A program made the position numbers and the translations under genes. A stretch of 64,000 nucleotides of DNA from positions 480,001 to 544,000 of the forward strand of contig CAWJSJ010000001.1 in assembly GCA_963845565.1 (NCBI GenBank), in the 5' to 3' direction. Source of the stretch: an uncultured Methylomirabilota bacterium (GTDB lineage: Bacteria; Methylomirabilota; Methylomirabilia; Methylomirabilales; 2-02-FULL-66-22). Below are positions 10,739 to 19,193 of this stretch, piece after piece (position 1 is the stretch's first letter; the number at the start of each line of letters is the position of its first letter). A model generated the notes under the pieces. That model was given only the letters and a program-made list of their open reading frames with translations, was not told the origin of the DNA and searched no databases.

Positions 10739-11781
10739 GTCGAAGCAACTCGGTCGCCGCAGTCATCGCCGCCTACAACGCCCGGGAACGGATCGCCGAG
10801 GTCATCACGGGAGCCTTTCGTCATGTGCGGACCGTGATCGTTGCGGACGACGGCTCGACGGACGGGACGGCGCAGGTCGCCAAGGAGGCGGGCGCCGAGG
10901 TGATCGTGTTGTCGGAGAATCGCGGGAAGGGCAACGCGCTTCGAGTCCTCTTCGCCGAGGCCCGGAGACGCGGACTGTCTGCGGTGATCGCGCTCGATGC
11001 CGACGGCCAGCACGACCCGGACGACATTCCCGCCTTTCTCGGAGTTCACCGCGACCACCCCGACGCGATCCTCACCGGGTCGCGGATGGGGGCTCCGGAC
11101 CGCATCCCGCGCCACCGGCGCAATTCGATGGTGGTGGCGCGCTTCTTCATCTCCCTGGCCGCCAATCAGTTCATCGAAGATACCCAATGCGGGTTCCGCC
11201 TGTATCCCCTCTCGGCGCTCGAGGCGCTCTCCCTCCACCGGGAGCGGTATGTGACCGAGACCGAGATCCTGCTCAAGGCGGGGGACTCGGGACGGGCGAT
11301 CCGATCCCTCCCCATCAAGGCGCTGTACCCGCCCGGACACCCAACCCACTTCCGGTCCGTCCCGGACGTCGCCGCCATCTCCGTCTACGTGATCTCCTAT
11401 CTGATGGTGAAGTGGGGAATCGAAGGGCTGCGACCCGGCGTCGTCAATACGTACCGGGGGGCGGGTACGGCGCGCGATCGGTTTTCTCTCTCGCCCGGGT
11501 GGGATCGCGCCTTCGAAGTCTTCACGCTCTGTGCATCCCTCCCGCTGACCATGCTGTATGGCGCATGGTACTACCTGGCCCGCTGGTGCGGCCTTCCGGT
11601 CCTCCAGAGCTTGGCGCGGAGCGAAATCCCGGTGGGGAGGCTGCTCTTGTCCGTCCTGTTGCTCCCGGGACTGCTGGCGGTGTCGATCGTGGATCTGCTC
11701 GGAAACCGGTTGGGGATGCGTCCGGACCTCACGACCGGTTTCGTCCGTCGGTACTATCTGAACCCCTGGACGTGGCGATAA
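10735..11781 (+). CDS. Glycosyltransferase family 2 with hydrophobic C-terminal extension
   Basis: DDGSTD, NRGKG, DADGQH and DTQCGFR motifs. Confidence 0.88.
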   Translation: MSRSNSVAAVIAAYNARERIAEVITGAFRHVRTVIVADDGSTDGTAQVAKEAGAEVIVLSENRGKGNALRVLFAEARRRGLSAVIALDADGQHDPDDIPAFLGVHRDHPDAILTGSRMGAPDRIPRHRRNSMVVARFFISLAANQFIEDTQCGFRLYPLSALEALSLHRERYVTETEILLKAGDSGRAIRSLPIKALYPPGHPTHFRSVPDVAAISVYVISYLMVKWGIEGLRPGVVNTYRGAGTARDRFSLSPGWDRAFEVFTLCASLPLTMLYGAWYYLARWCGLPVLQSLARSEIPVGRLLLSVLLLPGLLAVSIVDLLGNRLGMRPDLTTGFVRRYYLNPWTWR

Positions 11782-12060
11782 GGATATCGGCCCGAGGGAC
11801 GGTCCGGCTCCGGAGGCGCTCTGGCAGGGCAGGCTCCCGGGGCGTGGTTCAGGCCGCGGGGCGCACCGACGACCTGCGAGGGGCGGGCAGGATCACGACG
11901 GCATTCGAGATTGTCCGAAAGAACACGCCTTTCCGGGGTTGCGGTCCTCGGCGGCGTTTTTCACTTTCCGTCCGGGAGATACTTGCCTATAGTGACCCCG
12001 GCGTTTCGCGGTTTCCATTAACCCCGCGCGGCAGACGCGCGCAGCAGGAGGAGAGGGTCC

Positions 12061-12327
12061 ATGGCGTTGATGATCAATGATGAGTGCAGCAGTTGCGGTG
12101 CCTGCGAGGCGGAGTGCCCGAACACGGCCATCGCCGAGGGAACGGATCATTACATGATCAACCCCGACCTGTGCACGGAATGTGTCGGCTTCTTTGCCGA
12201 GCCGCAGTGCACGAGTGTCTGTCCGACCGATAGCATCGTCCCCGATCCCGCTCGGAAAGAGGGCAAGGATGCCCTGCTGGCCAAGTTTAAGAAGATCAAT
12301 CCGAACAAGGAGCCGGTGCTGAGCTAG
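12061..12327 (+). CDS. 2[4Fe-4S] ferredoxin (YfhL-like)
   Basis: CSSCGACEAECP and CTECVG..QC..VCP; GGAGGAG RBS. Confidence 0.92.
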   Translation: MALMINDECSSCGACEAECPNTAIAEGTDHYMINPDLCTECVGFFAEPQCTSVCPTDSIVPDPARKEGKDALLAKFKKINPNKEPVLS

Positions 12328-12349
12328 ATCCAATCCGCGCTTTCTCCTT

Positions 12350-12395
12350 GACGGGGTCGGGGATGCCCGGGCATTCTTGGCCCCGTCGTTTTTTT
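12350..12395 (+). terminator. Rho-independent terminator after the ferredoxin
   Basis: GACGGGGTCGGGGATGCC/GGCATTCTTGGCCCCGTC stem followed by T7. Confidence 0.8.
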
Positions 12396-12825
12396 GTTGG
12401 CTGAGGGGCCGTGCGGGAGGCGCGGGCGTGTGCGGGGCCATCGTCGATGCGGTGGGTGTCCACATCGGCGCCGGGATCGGCGGGGCCTCGGGCAGTCGAA
12501 TCGCGTACGCCGCGGACCGAGCGCTCTCTCTCGTGCGTGGAGCCGATGACGATCGTCGGCGCGCGTCACAAGGCATCGGCGTGCGCTTCGACGTGACCCT
12601 GCGGCGCTTCTAGGGGCGTTGATGCCGTCGGGAGCTGCACTGACGGTCCTGCTGCGGCCCGACGTGCTGGGCGATCCGATCACCGCGGACGGACTGCTGA
12701 TGCTGGTCATCCGATGCATGTGCATGGCGCTGGACGTCAAACGGCTCCGGATCGCGAATCGCGTGCGGGCGTCGGTCGCGGTGGTGGCGCGCAAAACCTT
12801 CCGCTTGTCCCCGGGGTGGTGAACG

Positions 12826-13986
12826 GTGCGTAGGCTTCCCGTCGCGCTTCTCGTCCTGGCCCACACGGTCGTCGACGCCTCGCAAAACATCCTGCCCGTG
12901 GTCCTCCCGCTCCTGGTGGCGCGGTTCCAGCTCAGCTACTCTCAGGCCGGATTGGCTGCGGCGCTTCTGAACATCTCGTCGTCGCTCATTCAGCCGCTAT
13001 TCGGCTGGGTGTCCGATCGCCGGCCCACCCGCTGGTTCATGCCGGTTGGCGTTGCCTGGACCGGGGTGCTGATGTGCCTGGTCGGGCTGGTCCCGAACTA
13101 TCCCGCGCTTCTATTGGTGATCGTCCTGACCGGGGTGGGCACGGCGGCGTTCCATCCGGTCGCATCCATGTCCGTCGCGCTCGCTTCGGGGACCAGGCGG
13201 GGGCTCGGGATGTCTCTCTTCTCGGCGGGCGGGAACCTGGGTTTTGCCATCGGTCCGGTCTTGGCCGCCTGGCTGGTGGCCGGGTTCGATCTGTCCGGCA
13301 CGGTGGCGGTGGCCGTCCCCGGGGTGGCCATGGCTGGCGTGATGTATCTCTGGCGCGACGAATTCGCCACCCGACCCGCGGTTCGGGACCCGCGCGCACC
13401 GTCGGGAGACGACCGCATCCCCTGGGGCCGGCTCGGAACCCTGTGCGTGCTGATTACGTTGAGGTCCTGGGGCTACTCCGGGCTGATCACCTTCATTCCG
13501 TTGCTGCTCCATACACAGGGCGTGTCGCTGCAGGAAACGGGACGCCTGTTGTTCGCCTTTCTGTTCTTCGGCGCACTCGGCGGATTGGCCGGCGGGCACC
13601 TGTCGGATCGGGTCGGACGGCATCAGGTGATTTCCGTATCTCTTCTCGCCTTCCCCGTCCTGATGGCGATCGCGCTCGTCGTCTCGGGACCGCTTCAGCT
13701 GTTCTTCCTCGCCAGCGCCGGTGTGACCTTGCTGGCGTCCTTCTCCGTGACAGTGGTCTTTGCGCAGGACCTCCTCCCGCACCATCTGGGACTGGCGTCC
13801 GGGCTGACGCTGGGGTTGGCGTTCGGGGCGGGCGGGGTCGGGGTCGGACTGTCGGGCGTGTTGGCGGACGCCTTAGGGATCGAGGCCAGTGTCTGGATCC
13901 TCTTGGCGCTACCAGGAATTGCCGGCGTGCTTGCGCTGATGCTCTCGCCGGGCCGGCGCAGCGACGCGCTCGAGGAAGAGGCCTGA
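12826..13986 (+). CDS. MFS transporter (Fsr-like)
   Basis: About 12 TM segments; QPLFGWVSDRR, AAFHP, GGNLGFA.GP and GHLSDRVGR motifs. Confidence 0.88.
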   Translation: MRRLPVALLVLAHTVVDASQNILPVVLPLLVARFQLSYSQAGLAAALLNISSSLIQPLFGWVSDRRPTRWFMPVGVAWTGVLMCLVGLVPNYPALLLVIVLTGVGTAAFHPVASMSVALASGTRRGLGMSLFSAGGNLGFAIGPVLAAWLVAGFDLSGTVAVAVPGVAMAGVMYLWRDEFATRPAVRDPRAPSGDDRIPWGRLGTLCVLITLRSWGYSGLITFIPLLLHTQGVSLQETGRLLFAFLFFGALGGLAGGHLSDRVGRHQVISVSLLAFPVLMAIALVVSGPLQLFFLASAGVTLLASFSVTVVFAQDLLPHHLGLASGLTLGLAFGAGGVGVGLSGVLADALGIEASVWILLALPGIAGVLALMLSPGRRSDALEEEA

Positions 13987-14592
13987 TCGCACCCGAGGGC
14001 CGGCGTAGTTACCGGTGCCTGGTGCGGGCGGTCGGGGAGGCCCGAACCGGCAGATACTCGGGCCGGAAATAGGGCGCCATCCCCACGAAGCCCGCCAGGT
14101 TGATCCGCCACCCACCCTCCTCGCGGTTCAAAAAACGCGGCCGCACGGCAATCTGACTCTTGCTCTCTCGAACATGCCGCAATATGAACCGGGCGCGCAG
14201 CAAGGCGATCCCGCCCTACTCGGAGATCGCGCCGAAGAGAATCTGAAGAGACATCTCCAACGGTTGTTGACCTCTCATCCGTCTGCTTGTGAATAACCTA
14301 TGTGGCGAACGACGATCGAGATTCGCCTCTGAAACATCTCGCGCCGAGGCGGCTCCGGCCTGAGGTCCCATTCCTGTAAACACATCTGCCGCGTTGAACC
14401 GGCTCTCGCTGGTTCGATCTCAAGAGAGCTTCATTTTCTCGGATAGTTATCCAGAAACCTCTTCCGCCTAGCTTTCACATCAGCCCATCTAGTGGTGGGG
14501 GGGACGTATCTGGTGCGCTTGGGAATGAAGAGGTCCGGCTTCCCCTGCTCTCGCCCGATTACTTCTCTTGTGAAAACTCTGAGAAAAAAGTG

Positions 14593-14622
14593 TTGACACG
14601 CAGGGAACACTCGATGTATAAA
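14593..14622 (+). promoter_or_regulatory. Sigma70-type promoter of the wHTH-MNT/HEPN unit
   Basis: TTGACA-18 nt-TATAAA. Confidence 0.6.
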
Positions 14623-14641
14623 TCTCAACGGATGGTGACTA

Positions 14642-15214
14642 ATGATGCTCGAAAAATTATTCTCTTCCAAAACACGTGTCGAGATTCTGCGCCTCCTCTT
14701 TTCGAATCCCGACAGTCGGTACTATGTCCGCCAGATTTCCCGGGAACTCTCACGGGACATCTCCGGGATCAAGCGCGAGCTGGACAACCTGGACAAGGCC
14801 GGCTTGCTCGCCAGCGAGAAACTCGGCAACCTTCGGTATTACAGCGCCAACAAATCTGCCGCGATCTATCCAGAACTCAAAGCCATCATTGCCAAGACCG
14901 TCGGCGTGCAATGGGCGATCGCGGGGCCGCTCGGTGGGTTGACCGGGCTGCGCCATGCTTGGATGTATTCCATGAATTCCCATCCGCCCGGCGAAGGGTC
15001 GGGACCGGTCTTGGTCCTCATCGTCGGACGGGTCGACCTCGCGGACCTCAACGAGGCGATCACGCAACTGGAGGGGAAACTGGGTCGTGAGATCAATTAC
15101 ACGGTGTTTGACGAGACGGAATTCCAGCGGCGGCGAGCGGAGGCGGACCCGTTTTTGACCGAGGTGTTTGGCGGCCGGAACGTTCTGCTCATCGGGCGCG
15201 ACGATGGCGTATGA
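14642..15214 (+). CDS. Winged HTH plus minimal-nucleotidyltransferase-like domain protein (catalytic motifs degenerate)
   Basis: LFSSKTRVEILRLLF..YYVRQISR wHTH; LGREINYTVF..EF C-terminus typical of wHTH-MNT proteins; GS..DxD absent. Confidence 0.75.
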   Translation: MMLEKLFSSKTRVEILRLLFSNPDSRYYVRQISRELSRDISGIKRELDNLDKAGLLASEKLGNLRYYSANKSAAIYPELKAIIAKTVGVQWAIAGPLGGLTGLRHAWMYSMNSHPPGEGSGPVLVLIVGRVDLADLNEAITQLEGKLGREINYTVFDETEFQRRRAEADPFLTEVFGGRNVLLIGRDDGV

Positions 15215-15653
15215 GGAGTTGCGCGAGAAGGGGTTGGTGGACGATGTCAAACCGAACTTCTCGACGGTGAGCGCCCTTATCGTGCGGGCACACAAAGACG
15301 TGGCGACGGCACGAGCCAATGCCAGTATCGACCGGGAATGGGCGTACGCGATCGCGTATCAGGGAATGCTTCGGGCCGCCAAGGGTATGATTTCGGCCGA
15401 AGGTTTGCGCCCGCGGGGTCGGGACCAGCAGCGAACGGTGGTGATGTTGGTCGATGCGATCCTCGGCGAGAACGCGCGACCCCTGGTGAATGCCTTTGAT
15501 CGGATGCGCCGGCGGTGGCAGGTCATCGTGGAGGAGGTCGGTCAACCGGTGTCACGGTATGAGGTGGAGGGCGCGATCAAGGACGCCCAGCAGTTCATCG
15601 AGCGTACGGTCGAGTGGACGCGGACGAGAAATCCTCAGTTGACGTTGCTCTAG
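15204..15653 (+). CDS. HEPN-domain protein (active-site motif degenerate)
   Basis: A.KD..TA..WAY.IAY..ML.AA...EG.RP..FDRMRR HEPN-like pattern; overlaps the upstream gene. Confidence 0.7.
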   Translation: MAYEELREKGLVDDVKPNFSTVSALIVRAHKDVATARANASIDREWAYAIAYQGMLRAAKGMISAEGLRPRGRDQQRTVVMLVDAILGENARPLVNAFDRMRRRWQVIVEEVGQPVSRYEVEGAIKDAQQFIERTVEWTRTRNPQLTLL

Positions 15654-15693
15654 CAGCGTCGTGGGGAGCTGTGAAAGAAAGGAGGTGAAGCTG

Positions 15694-15753
15694 ATGGCCA
15701 CCAAGAAGCCCGCCGCGAAGAAGACCGCGAAGAAGCCCGCGAAGAAGAAGTAA
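15694..15753 (+). CDS. 19-aa Lys/Ala/Pro-rich micropeptide MATKKPAAKKTAKKPAKKK
   Basis: Full SD AAGGAGGTGA 5 nt upstream of ATG; below the ORF-track size cutoff. Confidence 0.7.
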   Translation: MATKKPAAKKTAKKPAKKK

Positions 15754-15806
15754 GACGACCCGGCTCGTTTTGACTCAACGCTTCCCGTGGGAAGGAGGTG
15801 ATTGCT

Positions 15807-15863
15807 GTGGCGACGAAGAAGAAGCCGGCCGCCAAGAAGGCTGCCCCGAAGAAAAAGAAGTAA
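15807..15863 (+). CDS. 18-aa Lys/Ala/Pro-rich micropeptide (M)ATKKKPAAKKAAPKKKK
   Basis: Full SD AAGGAGGTGA 5 nt upstream of GTG; paralogous to the preceding peptide with synonymous codon differences. Confidence 0.7.
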   Translation: MATKKKPAAKKAAPKKKK

Positions 15864-15882
15864 GCTTACAGTCAAGTGATTA

Positions 15883-15906
15883 CGCTGGGGGCGGCACCCC
15901 CCAGCG
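15883..15906. terminator. GC-rich hairpin downstream of the micropeptides
   Basis: 9-bp stem CGCTGGGGG/CCCCCAGCG; no clear U-tract on the + strand. Confidence 0.4.
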
Positions 15907-16282
15907 GGACTCATACACTATTTTATATCATATCGATTCGTCAAGGGCAGAATATAAATAAATAATTTTATCATTCGTTTCGTGTGTTTACGAAACTAAC
16001 CTTATGATAAAACGTAATGCTTGACGAAATACTCTGGCGGGGAAAACGGGATTTTTTCTCGCTTGACGTTTGATGGCTACGCGCTGCGGGTGGTAGTGCC
16101 CTACCGTTCGACCTGTCGGAATCCTTGGAATCTTCCGTATCGCCCATGGTGCCGACCGTGGGCTTTTCCTCTTGCAACAGCTCTCAGAAGAACTGTCTTG
16201 CGGGTGGTGCCCGTTCATCTGAGGCAGGACGCCGGGGGCGCATGCGACGTCTCGCGGCGGCCGAGAGTGGAGGAAGGATCCC

Positions 16283-17749
16283 ATGGGGGAGCGTTTCAGG
16301 AATCTGATCGATGGCAAATGGGTGGATTCGGCCAGCGGTTCCACCTTCGATGATGTCAGCCCGATCAACAAGACCGACATGCTGGGGAGTTTCCCTCGGT
16401 CCGATCATCGAGACGTAGACCGCGCGGTCGAGGCGGCACGCAGCCATTTGTCGACGTGGTGTCGGGTACCCGCTCGACGCCGCAGCGAGGTCCTGTGGGC
16501 GGTTGCCGAGACGCTCCACCAGCGCGGGGAAGAGCTTGCGACGTTGCTGACGCGGGAGACAGGCAAGGTCCTCGCCGAGGCGCGGCTGGAGATCGCGGAG
16601 GCCACGGCCCTCTTGTACGCCATGGCGGGCGAGGGCGTCTACGCCGAGGACGGGGTTGCTGCCCTTGGGCAGTCGGGCCCGCTGGGCGTTACGATGCGAC
16701 TTCCCGCAGGAGTCGTGGCACTGGTTACACATTGGTCCTTCCCGGTGGCTGCGTCGGTGTGGAAGCTGGCGGGGGCGCTCGCGGCGGGCAACACGGTGGT
16801 ATTCAAGCCGGCGGAGGATGCGCCCCTGACTGCCGGTCGCCTGGTCGAAATTTGGCTGGAGGCGGGTGTGTCGCCTGGGGTCATCGGTTTGGTGCACGGG
16901 CAGGGCGAAGAGGCCGGCGCCCCACTGATTCGGCACCCGGACGTGGCGCTGGTGTCCTTCGTCGGATCGCCCGAGGTCGGCCGGGAAGTGGCCATCGCGT
17001 GCGCGGCGGAGCAAAAGCAGGTGTCTCTGGAATTGGGAGAACAACTCGCGATCCTGATTCTGGACGATGCCGACCTCGAACTGGCCGTGGAGGGAACGGT
17101 CTGGGGAGGCTTTGCCATGGCGGGCCAGCGATGGCGGCGCGCGGCGCGCATCTTTGTCCATCGCAAGATCGCCAAGGAGTTCGCCGAGCGAGTCGTGAGC
17201 CGGCTGCAAGCCGTGCGTCTGGGGGACGGGCTGCTCGAGACCACCGACATGGGGCCGGTCATCAACGAGACTCAGCTCAAGCGGGTTCACGGTTACACCC
17301 GTGTAGGCCAACGCGAAGGCGCCAAGCTGCTCGCCGGCGGAGAAATCGTGAAGGAGGGCGACTGCAAGCGGGGATTCTTCTACGCGCCGACGCTGTTCGG
17401 CGACGCGACGCTCAAGATGCGGATCGCGCAGGAGGAAGTTCGCGGTCCGACCATGGTGCTCGTCTCCGTGCCGGGGCTGGAGGAGGCCGTGGAATTGGCC
17501 AACTCGGCTCGCCGCGACCTGACGGCGGTGGTCTACACGCGCGATCTTTCCAGGGCGTTCCGGGCCGTCGACGGGTTGCGGGCTGCCAACGTGTACGTGA
17601 ATGCTGCCGCCGGAGGAACGGGGACGCGACCGTCGCTGGTTGGATTCCGACAGCTGGGCCGGATCCGCCGGGAGGCCGCGGCGCAGAATCTCGACGGATT
17701 CGCCGCCTGGAAGACTGCAACACTCGATCCCTTCGGAAAGCGAGGGTAG
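16283..17749 (+). CDS. Aldehyde dehydrogenase family protein lacking the catalytic Cys (probable pseudoenzyme)
   Basis: Full-length ALDH motifs (GNTVVFKPAE, GS.EVG, LGDG..TDMGP), but GQRW replaces GQxC. Confidence 0.85.
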   Translation: MGERFRNLIDGKWVDSASGSTFDDVSPINKTDMLGSFPRSDHRDVDRAVEAARSHLSTWCRVPARRRSEVLWAVAETLHQRGEELATLLTRETGKVLAEARLEIAEATALLYAMAGEGVYAEDGVAALGQSGPLGVTMRLPAGVVALVTHWSFPVAASVWKLAGALAAGNTVVFKPAEDAPLTAGRLVEIWLEAGVSPGVIGLVHGQGEEAGAPLIRHPDVALVSFVGSPEVGREVAIACAAEQKQVSLELGEQLAILILDDADLELAVEGTVWGGFAMAGQRWRRAARIFVHRKIAKEFAERVVSRLQAVRLGDGLLETTDMGPVINETQLKRVHGYTRVGQREGAKLLAGGEIVKEGDCKRGFFYAPTLFGDATLKMRIAQEEVRGPTMVLVSVPGLEEAVELANSARRDLTAVVYTRDLSRAFRAVDGLRAANVYVNAAAGGTGTRPSLVGFRQLGRIRREAAAQNLDGFAAWKTATLDPFGKRG

Positions 17750-17965
17750 GCGGAAGTTCAGGGAAGCGCCCCCACTGGACCGCCGCCGCATATTCCGGAT
17801 GTCGACGTTGCCGAACAGGGAGCAGGCGCGTGCGTCACGAGATCCTCCTCCTCCCACAACGGACCACGGCCATATACCTTGGCCGGGCGATCGAGGATAT
17901 GGTGACGGCGGTCTGAGATCCCACCAGGGCGCGACGACACTCAGGCTGAGGACTCGGCTTCCGCC
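17749..17965. ncRNA. Candidate ~217-nt structured RNA
   Basis: Four nested colinear helices plus two internal hairpins filling an intergenic gap. Confidence 0.4.
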
Positions 17966-18086
17966 GTAAGTGCTCGGCACCTGGGCCGCGGCGGGCGCGG
18001 CCACACGGGTCGGCGGGGTCTCCTTGCGGGTCGTCCCGGAGATTCGCTTTACATTTTGCGTGCCAGTGTGTTATAGCATCCGACAA

Positions 18087-18677
18087 ATGTGGGGAACGAG
18101 ACGGACGAGTCGCTGGGTATGGCTGTCGGCCACCCTGATCGCGATGCTCCTCGGGTCGGGCATTTCTCGCACGCTACTGGCCGCGCAATCCACAGGACCG
18201 CCGGCCGTCCCACCTCAGATTGCCCTGCAAAAGGTCCATATGATCGAGACCCGTGAAGGGGCCAAGTTGTGGGAGCTTCAGGCCGATCAAGTGGAGGTCA
18301 ACGAGCGCGACGGCATCACCGTATTGACCCGCGTTACCCAACCGATCCAGATCGCGTTCTTTTCCAATCAGGGCCAAGTCACGTGTGTCGCAAATCGTGC
18401 CACGCTGGATCTGAAAACGAAGGATGTCCACCTGCAAGGAGCCGTCTGGGCGCGGTCCGAACAGGGGATGGAGCTCAGGACGGAAGCGTTGACGTGGACG
18501 GCAACCTCCCGGCGGCTGCATACGGACCAGGCCGTCACGATCACGCGCGGTACGTTGGTAAGCCAGGGGCGGGGCATGGAGGCAGAGACCGACCTCGAGC
18601 GTGTCCGCCTCTTCAAAAACATCACGTCCCAGGTCGGGCCCGCGCGCATCCCGACGGGAAGGAGTCGTTCGCGATGA
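18087..18677 (+). CDS. lptC: LPS export periplasmic protein LptC
   Basis: N-terminal TM, beta-jellyroll pattern (WELQA..LRTE.L.W..TD..V.I), and lptC-A-B synteny. Confidence 0.85.
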   Translation: MWGTRRTSRWVWLSATLIAMLLGSGISRTLLAAQSTGPPAVPPQIALQKVHMIETREGAKLWELQADQVEVNERDGITVLTRVTQPIQIAFFSNQGQVTCVANRATLDLKTKDVHLQGAVWARSEQGMELRTEALTWTATSRRLHTDQAVTITRGTLVSQGRGMEAETDLERVRLFKNITSQVGPARIPTGRSRSR

Positions 18678-19183
18678 CGGGACGTCGCTGGGGGATGTTG
18701 GTGTTGGCGGTGTTACTGGCAGCGCCTGGGATCGGGAGGGCGGCAGAAGAGCGGGCCGCGATCACGATCGCGGCCGACACCCTGGAAGTCAGTCGGAAAA
18801 CCCGCTCGGCCGTGTACCGCGGCAACGTGGTGGCCAACGACCGGTCTCGCGGTGTAAGCATCTTGGCGGACCAGATCGAGTTCTACTTCGACGAGAAGAT
18901 GGAGGAACTGGAGCGCGCGTTGGCGACGGGGAACGTCCGGATTTCCTACGGCGAGCGCCGGGGCGTGGCGGAACGCGCCGAATACTATCCCAACGAATCC
19001 CGCGCGGTCCTGATCGGGCATCCCAAGGTGTGGCAGCAAAATGATGTCATCACCGGATGCCGGATCACGCTGCTGATCCGGGAAGACCGGAGCCAGGTGG
19101 AGGGGTGCGACGGGGAGCGGGTGAACGCCGTCCTGTATCCGAAGCGAGGGGAGGGAGCACCGGCGGCAAGCCCGCGTCGGTGA
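18674..19183 (+). CDS. lptA: LPS transport protein LptA/OstA
   Basis: Signal peptide; ITIAAD..Y.GNV..A.GNV..A.Y..L.G.P.V.Q. Confidence 0.85.
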   Translation: MTGRRWGMLVLAVLLAAPGIGRAAEERAAITIAADTLEVSRKTRSAVYRGNVVANDRSRGVSILADQIEFYFDEKMEELERALATGNVRISYGERRGVAERAEYYPNESRAVLIGHPKVWQQNDVITGCRITLLIREDRSQVEGCDGERVNAVLYPKRGEGAPAASPRR

Positions 19184-19193
19184 GAGCCGCGCC

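Noticed and set aside
14288..14455. DnaA-box-like words (TGTGAATAA, TTATCCAGA) suggesting oriC
   Set aside because: Only one perfect and one mismatched box, and no dnaA, dnaN or gidA context
14015..14670. Short ORFs between the MFS and wHTH genes
   Set aside because: No RBS or motifs; one overlaps a clear promoter
15675..15863. Repeated AAGAAG/GGAGGTGA units as a CRISPR array or tandem repeat
   Set aside because: No constant repeat-spacer period; explained by two SD-led Lys-rich ORFs
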